Below, in pieces: positions 30,406-38,269 of a stretch of DNA of 64,000 nt; position 1 is the first letter of the stretch, and the number at the start of each line of letters is the position of its first letter. The DNA is taken from positions 5,912-69,911 of the forward strand of contig CAZSYH010000005.1 in NCBI GenBank assembly GCA_964610735.1, read 5' to 3'. Under the pieces are notes generated by a model that made no database searches, was not told the DNA's origin, and worked only from the letters and a program-made list of their open reading frames with translations. This stretch comes from an uncultured Syntrophaceae bacterium. GTDB taxonomy: Bacteria; Desulfobacterota; Syntrophia; Syntrophales; UBA2210. Made by a program: the position numbers and the translations under genes.

Positions 30406-31329
30406 ATGACCCGCCAGGTAAACGAACTGGCTATGGAAAGGCGTAACTTTCAAGGGCACATCACCAGTCTCAATCCCATCAGGCCCGAGAATGCCCCGGA
30501 TCCCTGGGAAAAAGAGGCGCTGGAATCGTTCGAGGAAGGGGTGAAGGAGACCGGTTCCATCGAAAAGATCTCCGGAAAAGAATATTTCCGGTTCATGCGC
30601 CCCTTCGTCACGGAAAAGGCCTGCCTGAAGTGTCATGCTTTCCAGGGTTACAAGGAAGGGGATATCCGGGGAGGGATCAGCATATCGATCCCCATGGAAC
30701 CCCTGAGGACCATTGAACGATCCCGCAGGATCGAACTGACCCTTGCCCACGGTTTTCTATGGATCATCGGCCTCACCGGAATCGGTCTGAGCACACAACG
30801 TCTGCGGAGCCAGACCCTTCGGCGTGAAAAAGCGGAGGAACAGATCCTTCTGCTCTCCATTACCGACCAGCTTACGGGTCTGCACAACAGGCGGGGGTTC
30901 CTGGCCCTTGCCGAGCAGCAGCTAAAAGTATCGGACCGGACAAAAAGGGGTTTTCTGCTCTTTTTTGCCGATCTGGACGGGATGAAGGGGATTAACGACA
31001 CCCTGGGGCACAAGGAGGGGGATAACGCCCTCATCGAAGTGGCGGCGGTCCTCAACGAGACCTTCAGAGCATCCGACATCATAGCGCGGATGGGAGGGGA
31101 TGAATTTGCCGTCCTCGCCATCGATATGGCGGAAGAGAATGCCGACATCCAGATGCCCCGGCTGCAGGAACAGATTGAAAGGTGCAATGCTCAGGAAAAC
31201 CGCAGATACAGCCTTTCCATCAGCATGGGCTGCTCCTGCTATGACCCGGAAAATCCCCGTTCAATCGACGAACTCATGGCTCAGGCTGATGAACGGATGT
31301 ACGAGCAGAAGAGAAGTAAAAAATCCTGA
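30406..31329 (+). CDS. diguanylate cyclase with a c-heme-type (DUF3365/Tll0287-like) sensor domain, apparently N-terminally truncated
   Basis: CLKCH heme-c motif in the sensor, one TM helix, and a GGDEF domain with an intact GGDEF (RMGGDEFAV). No signal peptide or first TM precedes the sensor. Confidence 0.75.
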   Translation: MTRQVNELAMERRNFQGHITSLNPIRPENAPDPWEKEALESFEEGVKETGSIEKISGKEYFRFMRPFVTEKACLKCHAFQGYKEGDIRGGISISIPMEPLRTIERSRRIELTLAHGFLWIIGLTGIGLSTQRLRSQTLRREKAEEQILLLSITDQLTGLHNRRGFLALAEQQLKVSDRTKRGFLLFFADLDGMKGINDTLGHKEGDNALIEVAAVLNETFRASDIIARMGGDEFAVLAIDMAEENADIQMPRLQEQIERCNAQENRRYSLSISMGCSCYDPENPRSIDELMAQADERMYEQKRSKKS

Positions 31330-31701
31330 AATGCCCTCTTTGCAAGCCTGCTCAAGATAACGGGTCGATCCTAGGAGGATGGGTGTTAATAACTGGCTTC
31401 TTTCACTCTTTCTTCGATAGCTCCTACGCAGTACGGGTTGAAATCTGCTACTCGAAGCTGTTCTTCCAAAAACAAGAGTACCAATAAATAATGGTTAATC
31501 TTACGCGATAAAGTCAATGGCGTTGATAAGTAGATACCGTTCTTGTGAACCGAAGGGGACCATTGGCGGAGCGGGTCTTGTGTCTTTCCACTCCATAAAA
31601 ATAGCGGATCATCTGGACTCCGGTTTTCACGCGGAGTGACGACTTTTTACGGGTGCATCATAATTGATGGACTTGAGGACTCTGTCTCTCCGCTTTTCGC
31701 C

Positions 31702-32433
31702 TTATATGGCGATAAAATTACCCGCTTCGATACACCTGTCCCAGAATTCATTTGCTCCCTTTAGAAGAGCCTCTTTTGGCAGATAATCCCTTGCAACGTC
31801 GTCAAGGACTTGCGGTGACAGTGTGCCTTTTTCCACGAGTTCCCTTCCGGCGCGGCGCGTGGCCTCTTTTATCTCTTTTATCTGTTCACCAATAAATTTC
31901 TCCAGTGTGAAGATATAACTTGACGGCCGCACTACCGCTCCCACAAAACGGGACTGCATGTTGCGGCACATACGCTCCATCTGATCAATGAGCCCGTCGA
32001 AATTATCCCGTTCATAGAAACCGCATACACTGACCAGGACGACATCAGCGGGACTTCTCCCGTCCCTCGGCGGATGGCGGTAGTGCCCATCAACAAGTTC
32101 GAAATGGGGATCGACGAGCGGTATAATACGATCCAGAAAAGTCTTTGTCTGGGCGGTCATTCCGTCCACGTAAAGGGGGGTTCCTATCACGATACAATCA
32201 GCCTGGCTCGCCTTTTCCATAAGTTCCGGCATGTCATCCTTTTGAACACACACGCCGGGGGTTTTTACCCAGCAGTCGAAGCAGCCCAGGCAGTAATTTA
32301 TTTTTTTCTTCTGCAGGAAAACCGTTTCTACTTCTGCACCTGCCTCTCTGGCCCCTTCCAGGAAATTTTCCAGCAGTATATGGGTCATTCCCTTTTTCAT
32401 ATTCGGACTTCCGTTTACCGCGAATATCTTCAT
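31702..32433 (-). CDS. iron-sulfur flavoprotein / NADPH-dependent FMN reductase-like protein
   Basis: MKIFAVNGSP start with an AAGGAGG RBS. Flavodoxin-like fold with a compact Cys motif CLGCFDCWVKTPGVC. The longer track ORF to 32685 is rejected. Confidence 0.7.
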   Translation of the reverse strand: MKIFAVNGSPNMKKGMTHILLENFLEGAREAGAEVETVFLQKKKINYCLGCFDCWVKTPGVCVQKDDMPELMEKASQADCIVIGTPLYVDGMTAQTKTFLDRIIPLVDPHFELVDGHYRHPPRDGRSPADVVLVSVCGFYERDNFDGLIDQMERMCRNMQSRFVGAVVRPSSYIFTLEKFIGEQIKEIKEATRRAGRELVEKGTLSPQVLDDVARDYLPKEALLKGANEFWDRCIEAGNFIAI

Positions 32434-32471
32434 CCATTGCCTCCTTATTGTGTGGCCGGGCAGTGAATATC

Positions 32472-32726
32472 TCACCCGTGTCTTAATTTCATTATTATGA
32501 TGTACAGGGTGAAGCCGACTCCTATGCCATTTCCTACTATTACCGGGATCGAGTGTATCAGCAGGCCGTAAACGAACCACAGAAAAAGACCGCTTGCCAG
32601 TATCCCAAATGCACCCAATGACAGGTCGGAAGTCTTTTTGGTGCGATATATTTTGACAACCTGGGGTGTCATGGATACCGAGCATATAAACGCCGCCAGA
32701 AATCCGATTATCTCAGCTATGCTCAT
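32472..32726 (-). CDS. SemiSWEET (PQ-loop) small sugar transporter
   Basis: 84 aa, 3 TM segments, PQ motif (TPQVVKIYRTKKT). Confidence 0.8.
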   Translation of the reverse strand: MSIAEIIGFLAAFICSVSMTPQVVKIYRTKKTSDLSLGAFGILASGLFLWFVYGLLIHSIPVIVGNGIGVGFTLYIIIMKLRHG

Positions 32727-33793
32727 AGATATTCTTTCATGCCTTTTTCTTCGAGGCGTTCCACAACCTTTCGGAGAGCCTGTGAAGCACCCCTTTTACA
32801 TATGAGGAGCGAATCTCCTGTCTCCACTACAATAAGGTCTTTCACGCCGATCAGCGCCACCATTTTTTCAGGGCTGTATATGAGAGAGTTCGAGGTATCA
32901 AAGTTTATAACCTCTCCCTTTGTCGCGTTGCCCATTTCGTCTTTATCCATGACATCCCACAGGGCATCCCAGCTTCCTATATCATTCCATCCGAAATCTC
33001 CCTCTATCATGAATACATCGCCTGTCTTTTCCATTACGCCATAGTCTATGGAGACAGGCTTTATATCTCGATAGGTTTCAGAAAGAATATCTTTTTCATA
33101 TTTTGTGCCGATGGATTTTTCTATCTTCAACAATCCATCGTATAGTTCAGGGATCAGCCTTTTTATCGTGTCTAATATAGCGGATGCCTTCCATATAAAC
33201 ATTCCGCTGTTCCAGAAAAATCTCCCATCTTTTAAAAACGCCTCCGCGGTTGCCGGGTCCGGTTTTTCGCGAAACGACTGTACTTCATATATCCCGGTTT
33301 CTCCTATGGTATCGGCAACCCCGCCCTTTTCCATGTAGCCATACCCTGTCTCAGGCCATTCGGGTTTTATGCCTATGGTGACGAGGCAAGCTCTCCTCTT
33401 CGCCATTTCGCGCGCGATGGCGAGTGAGGCTAGAAAGCTCTTCGTATCCGCGATGAGATGATCGGAGGGAAGCACAAACATAACGGCGTCGGGATTTCTC
33501 TTTCTTATGTGTATCGCGGCAAGGCCGATGCATGGCGCGGTGTTTCTTCCCACCGGTTCGATCAGAATGTTTTCAGCGGGAAGCTGGGGAAGCTGTTCTC
33601 TGATCTCATCGGAATGACTCGCGCCGGTGACAATCAGGATATTGTCTTTTCCCACGAGGGGAGTCACCCTGTCCACCGTGTATTGTATGATGGTCTTCTC
33701 ACCTGTAATGTTCAGCAGGTGCTTCGGCCTCTTTTCTCTGCTCAGGGGCCAGAACCTGGTGCCCTTTCCTCCTGCCATGATTACCGCATACAT
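32723..33793 (-). CDS. manC: mannose-1-phosphate guanylyltransferase
   Basis: [19 protein letters not shown] nucleotidyl-transferase motif. The start is at ATG 33793, after AGGAGGAG. Confidence 0.88.
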   Translation of the reverse strand: MYAVIMAGGKGTRFWPLSREKRPKHLLNITGEKTIIQYTVDRVTPLVGKDNILIVTGASHSDEIREQLPQLPAENILIEPVGRNTAPCIGLAAIHIRKRNPDAVMFVLPSDHLIADTKSFLASLAIAREMAKRRACLVTIGIKPEWPETGYGYMEKGGVADTIGETGIYEVQSFREKPDPATAEAFLKDGRFFWNSGMFIWKASAILDTIKRLIPELYDGLLKIEKSIGTKYEKDILSETYRDIKPVSIDYGVMEKTGDVFMIEGDFGWNDIGSWDALWDVMDKDEMGNATKGEVINFDTSNSLIYSPEKMVALIGVKDLIVVETGDSLLICKRGASQALRKVVERLEEKGMKEYL

Positions 33794-33794
33794 A
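33688..33794. repeat. left copy of an approximately 107-bp direct repeat (manC 5' end)
   Basis: Matches 47971-48076 with 3 substitutions in the well-aligned part. Confidence 0.85.
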
Positions 33795-34052
33795 GTGTAC
33801 TCCTCCTGAAAGATCATCTAAAGTTGAAATCAGCCGACGTATATCCGGAAATTCTGCATGAAGAACCACATACGCACAATGGTTTTAAAATCACTTTACC
33901 CGGCAAGCATATCTGTCATTTTTTGAGATGGCATAGTATTCGTCGCGTGATAAACCTTGGGACCCTTTTATTCTTTTCTATGGTGATATATTAATGATAT
34001 CAGTGTCAAGATTTATTTCAGAGGGTCATTTTATTAAGTGTTCATTTTATTA

Positions 34053-34081
34053 TTGACAAAATATTTTTTGATATGTATCGT
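34053..34081 (+). promoter_or_regulatory. candidate sigma70 promoter upstream of the riboswitch-like leader
   Basis: TTGACA at 34053-34058, 17-bp spacer, TATCGT at 34076-34081. Confidence 0.35.
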
Positions 34082-34094
34082 GCTAGTTAAAGCA

Positions 34095-34205
34095 GAGGTA
34101 ACAGGCCTCCGAGTGTAACCGCCTAAAGGTTTTTGCCAATGGCATTACACCGAAGGGTTTTCCCGGAAACGGGGAAGCCTCCCGTGTTTGGAAAGAAGGC
34201 TGAAC
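34095..34205 (+). promoter_or_regulatory. Moco/Tuco (moaA-motif) riboswitch candidate
   Basis: GGCCUCCGAG ... CACCGAAGGG ... GNRA hairpin CCCG-GAAA-CGGG ... GCCUCCCGUGUUUGGAAAGAAGG. The 3' block nearly matches the E. coli moaA leader (GCCUCCCGUAUCUGGAAAGG) as I recall it. Helices GUGUAA/UUACAC and UGCC/GGCA can form. Confidence 0.6.
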
Positions 34206-34715
34206 TTTCCATGACTGTTTGTATAATATCCGCAATAGGGGATAATACGATGGTTAATTCACGGGCGCTTCTAAACAACACCTATTCTCCTTATTTTACC
34301 CCGTATACATTTATATCTCTTATCTTGCCTTGTGGATTACTGTCTTTAAACAATACATTCTCCAAAGAAAGCATAACGGCGGAGTGTTGTCGTAGCAGTA
34401 TGCTGAGCCATTGTAAGATCAAGGTGATCAAGTGTCCATCTGAATCTTTTTGACGTTTTACCGACTTACTGTCCAGAAAGTAAGTGCGGAAAAACAGAAG
34501 GGAGGTGTCAAATTACAATCCGGAGCAGCGAAGCCTCAATCTCAAAGGTAAAAGGCTTCAAGCTCGCATTTTCGAATCAGGTGAATGGCGGGGTTAGGTG
34601 TTAATCTCCTGATATTTACAGCTATTAGCCTTTCACCATAAGCATCAACCTCTTCGTAATAAAACGAAGTTGTTGATAATAAAGACTAACAAACTATCAG
34701 GATGGAGGTTATCCC

Positions 34716-35432
34716 ATGGAAACAGAAGAGAAGAAATATCCTGAGGTTCTTCAGAGAGAGACATCCCGTCGTGGATTTCTCAAGGGAGCTGCTGTAGCGG
34801 CGGGAGGCGCCGTTGCGCTGGCAACAATTGGTGTCATAAAACCCGCTGCTGTCAAGGCCGCTAACCCGGCACCGCCTCCCAAGATGATCAAGCATCTGTT
34901 TGTCGAACGTCAGAACTGTACAGGATGCCGGGGATGTGAATTTGCATGTTCCCTGTTCCACGAAGGAGTTGTCAGGCCTGAAGCTGCGAGAGTACATGTC
35001 AACAAGTATAAAGGTATCATCGATATCCCGGTAATTTGCTGGCATTGCGAAGATGCACCCTGTATTGCAGCGTGTCCCGTTGAGCCTACGGCTATCTACA
35101 AGGATGAAAAAACGAACGGCATCCTCTTGAATAAGGATACGTGTCTCGGTGCCAAGTGCAGTAAATGTGTGGAGGCATGCCCGGCACAGTTCCTGAGGTT
35201 GCATCCCGATACAGGACACCCTCTGACATGTGACCTTTGCGGTGGCGACCCGGAATGCGTGAAAGCATGCCTGGCACAATCGGGAAATCCCCAAGGGCCC
35301 TGTATTATGGGAGACAAACTCGGTTTCGGTGTGAACCTGGCATATCGCGATGTAACACCGGAGGAAGCTGCTAAGGACATGACTGTCAACTTCTTCTATC
35401 CAAATGAAACCGGGGAAAGGAGGGCTATATAA
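34716..35432 (+). CDS. Tat-signal 4x[4Fe-4S] ferredoxin subunit (NrfC/DmsB-like)
   Basis: Twin-arginine motif TSRRGFLKG, an h-region and AVKA-A cleavage site, and four Cys cluster motifs (CTGCRGCEFAC, CWHCEDAPCIAACP, CLGAKCSKCVEACP, CDLCGGDPECVKAC). Confidence 0.85.
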   Translation: METEEKKYPEVLQRETSRRGFLKGAAVAAGGAVALATIGVIKPAAVKAANPAPPPKMIKHLFVERQNCTGCRGCEFACSLFHEGVVRPEAARVHVNKYKGIIDIPVICWHCEDAPCIAACPVEPTAIYKDEKTNGILLNKDTCLGAKCSKCVEACPAQFLRLHPDTGHPLTCDLCGGDPECVKACLAQSGNPQGPCIMGDKLGFGVNLAYRDVTPEEAAKDMTVNFFYPNETGERRAI

Positions 35433-37237
35433 TGGCAGCACCACGAGGAGGAAATTTTGGAAAGGTTCTGGAAATCGATTTATCAAAAAAAACCTTTAAA
35501 ACGCGTACCGTGCCGGAGGAGATATATCAGCAATTTCTTGGTGGGGCGGGCATGGGGGATTACTTTCTTCTGCACGAGTATAAAGCCCATCAGGACCCCC
35601 TTGCTGAAAACAGCTTCCTGTATCTCGGGGCGGGCCCACTGGATGGAACGTATTGTCCGTCCACTCGAATGAGCGTCGTCCACATGAGTCCGTACACAAA
35701 AAGGCTCAGTCATGCCGAAGTGGGGGCTCATATAGGCGCCGAGATTAAGTGGGCCGGCTGGGACGGCATCTATATCCTGGGAAAATCGAAAAAGCCGGTA
35801 TGGCTCTATATCCGGAACGACAAAGTGGAGTTCAGAGATGCCAGTAACTTATGGGGCAAGGATACCGCTACAACGGAAGATATGATTGTAGAGGAATTGA
35901 AGGATCCCCGGGTCAGGGTCGCCTGTATCGGTCCCGCTGGTGAGAATGAAGTCCCGTATTCCTGTCTTATAGTAGAGCGTTTCAGGGCTGCCGCCAGGAC
36001 GAGCACCGGCGCGCTCATGGGAAACAAGAAATTAAAGGCTATTGCTATCAAGGGAAGCGGGTATGTTCCCGCAGTTGACAGCGATAAATTCATCAAAGCG
36101 GCCAAGGCAGCGAAGCAGTATGCCGTTGACAATGAAGGCTGGCAAGGCATCAAACGATGGGGCACTGCCGGTCTGCTTGAGCTGAAGAACTGGGGCACGG
36201 GATCACTCGTTACGAAAAATTATCAGACCACCTGGTTCCCGGACATTGAATACATCGGTGCCGAGGAGGCAAACCGTCGTTTCTGGAAAAGGCATGTGGC
36301 CTGTACGCACTGCCCCGTTCACTGTCAGAAACTTGGTGTTATTCGAGGTGGCAAGTACAGTGGCCTCATAGCTGAGGGGCCCGAATATGAAACCGGCGGC
36401 CTTTTGGGCAGCAATCTCGACATTTCTGAGTTTGATGGCATGATGGCCGCGATTGAACTGTGTGATGCCCTTGGCCTCGATGCCATTTCAACCGGCGGAT
36501 GTATCGGTTTTGCCATGGAATGCGTCCAGAAAGGTGTTCTCTCGAAGGCTGATCTTGACGGCATTGATCTCGAATGGGGCAACGCGGATGGGGTTGTCGA
36601 GATGGTGAAAAAGATCGCTTACAAGAACGGGAAAGCGGGAAAGCTGCTCTCTAAAGGCGTTGTTGCCATGTCACAGGAAATAGGCCACGGTTCCGAGAAA
36701 TGGGCCGTTCATACAAAGGGCAAAGAGATGGCTGCTCATGACCCGCGGGGCGATAAACCGAGGGGTGTCAGTTATGCCATGGGCCAGTGCGGCGGTGACC
36801 ATCATGAATCCAACAGCCCCGCTGGCCAGGCCCAGCGATGTATCCACAATTCGCTTGTCTGCTGTTCATTTGTCGGCGGGTACTGGTCAATGGGTATGTT
36901 CACCGATATGCTGAACCCGCTGTGTGGGTGGAGTATATCGGAAGATGATATGATGAAAACAGGCAAACGAATCCGAACTCTGGAGCGTTGCTTTGATGTC
37001 CGTGAGGGTATCAGCCGGAAGGATGATATCCTGCCGTACCGTATGACAAACGAAGCACTGCCGGAGGGACCGAAGAAAGGAGCGATTTTTACCGAGGCCG
37101 ATACAAAGAAGATGCAGGAAGATTATTATGCGTTCTTCGGATGGGATAGCAACGGTGTCCCGACGGAGAAGGCCTTGAATGATCTTGGACTCGCATTTCT
37201 TATTGACGATATCAAAGCGGCTAAGAAAAATTTGTAA
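35432..37237 (+). CDS. aor: tungsten-type aldehyde:ferredoxin oxidoreductase family protein
   Basis: 601 aa with an AFOR_N-type N-terminus (GKVLEIDLS...FLGGAGMG), CxxCxxxC (CTHCPVHC), GPEYET, and pterin-binding motifs (CDALGLDAIS, SLVCCSF). There is no signal peptide. TAATG coupling links it to the upstream Tat ferredoxin. Confidence 0.92.
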   Translation: MAAPRGGNFGKVLEIDLSKKTFKTRTVPEEIYQQFLGGAGMGDYFLLHEYKAHQDPLAENSFLYLGAGPLDGTYCPSTRMSVVHMSPYTKRLSHAEVGAHIGAEIKWAGWDGIYILGKSKKPVWLYIRNDKVEFRDASNLWGKDTATTEDMIVEELKDPRVRVACIGPAGENEVPYSCLIVERFRAAARTSTGALMGNKKLKAIAIKGSGYVPAVDSDKFIKAAKAAKQYAVDNEGWQGIKRWGTAGLLELKNWGTGSLVTKNYQTTWFPDIEYIGAEEANRRFWKRHVACTHCPVHCQKLGVIRGGKYSGLIAEGPEYETGGLLGSNLDISEFDGMMAAIELCDALGLDAISTGGCIGFAMECVQKGVLSKADLDGIDLEWGNADGVVEMVKKIAYKNGKAGKLLSKGVVAMSQEIGHGSEKWAVHTKGKEMAAHDPRGDKPRGVSYAMGQCGGDHHESNSPAGQAQRCIHNSLVCCSFVGGYWSMGMFTDMLNPLCGWSISEDDMMKTGKRIRTLERCFDVREGISRKDDILPYRMTNEALPEGPKKGAIFTEADTKKMQEDYYAFFGWDSNGVPTEKALNDLGLAFLIDDIKAAKKNL

Positions 37238-37260
37238 GGAAAATTTTTAGGTAAATGATG

Positions 37261-37296
37261 AATAATCGGGGCAGGCATCAGCCTGCCCCGATTATT
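37261..37296 (+). terminator. perfect 16-bp stem hairpin after aor
   Basis: aataatcggggcaggc atca gcctgccccgattatt. No U-tract follows, so its terminator function is uncertain. Confidence 0.45.
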
Positions 37297-37523
37297 GCCT
37301 TGGCAGGAGATTGATAAAGTCACGACAATCTATAACCATGCATCTTGATTTTTTTGCTCTTTGTCGAGACCTCTCTTAATGAGCATGTACATACGTTGTC
37401 TGAATGTCTGTTCATAAAAATACAAAATAGGGAAAAATCCTTTTATTGTGACAACGCAATAATTCATTTAAGACTTATTACATTGCCGTATTTGGAAACT
37501 AAGCAGACAGGAGTATGTAATAC

Positions 37524-38210
37524 ATGAAACTGTCGCGGCGAGATGTACTTCATATAATCATCAGCGGTGCCATATCGGGAATCGTTTTTATCTTCTTCAA
37601 GGTTTCTGGAGCAAAGGCATTGCCCCGTCCGCCGGGGTCACTCATTGAAAACGAATTTCTGAAGTACTGCACCCGATGCTACAGATGCATAGACGTGTGC
37701 CCTGCCGACGCGCTTAAACCTGCCGGCATTCTTGACGGCATAACCAACCTGGGCACACCGGTTCTCGATTGGAAGAAGTGTATCATGTGTATGGAATGTG
37801 TCAGAATATGTCCCACCGAAGCTATTAAGAAAGTCCCCAAAAAAGAGATTGATATCGGAAACGCGGTGATCGAGCCCGACACATGCCTCTCCTGGCAGAA
37901 AACGAGCAGATGCAAAAATTGTTACAAGGCCTGCAAGTATGATGCTATCAAGCTGGAAAAGGGGCGATTTCCCGTTGTCATAGAGGAAAACTGTACGGGT
38001 TGCGGCGCCTGTGAGCAAAGGTGCCCGACCGACCCTAAGTCTATTGTTGTACATTACGACAAGGTTAAAAGATTTGATCCTTCCGGAAATCGATTTGTTT
38101 TACAACTTGAAGATCGAGTAGGGCCTTATGATTTTCCTCAGTCTGATTTCAAAACATGGTTTGCAGGCAGGATGGAGAAGCTGGCCAGACACTATGGGAT
38201 TATAAAATAA
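37524..38210 (+). CDS. NapG/MauM-like ferredoxin with twin-arginine N-terminus
   Basis: SRRDVL plus a hydrophobic segment, then LPRPPGSLIENEFLKYCTRCYRCIDVCP, which parallels E. coli NapG [28 protein letters not shown] as recalled. Four Fe-S motifs are present. Confidence 0.8.
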   Translation: MKLSRRDVLHIIISGAISGIVFIFFKVSGAKALPRPPGSLIENEFLKYCTRCYRCIDVCPADALKPAGILDGITNLGTPVLDWKKCIMCMECVRICPTEAIKKVPKKEIDIGNAVIEPDTCLSWQKTSRCKNCYKACKYDAIKLEKGRFPVVIEENCTGCGACEQRCPTDPKSIVVHYDKVKRFDPSGNRFVLQLEDRVGPYDFPQSDFKTWFAGRMEKLARHYGIIK

Positions 38211-38269
38211 GGGGCAAGGGAAAGAGTGGCCTTCAATTTTGCATTAAAAGAGATAAGGATCAACCTCTA

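Noticed and set aside
31386-31646. 86-codon open frame on the minus strand without a start codon (..PDDPLFLWSGKT..LFLEEQLRVADFNPYCVGAIEERVKEASY stop) in the 370-bp gap after the GGDEF gene
   Set aside because: It looks protein-like and may be a gene remnant. There is no Met or RBS and I cannot assign a family, so the support is too weak to annotate.
34133-34453. 106-aa ORF (or 80 codons from ATG 34211) immediately after the riboswitch-like element, considered as a real gene
   Set aside because: The composition is odd (Cys/Ser/Ile/Asn-rich, AT-rich DNA), no domain is recognisable, and the 5' part overlaps the structured RNA. It is kept only as a possible decayed remnant under the riboswitch finding.
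37298-37320. Possible sigma-54 promoter (TTGGCAGGAGATTGAT) upstream of the NapG-like gene
   Set aside because: The -24 GG is present, but the -12 element lacks the conserved GC at the right spacing (TGAT instead of TTGC). No enhancer-binding protein gene is nearby.
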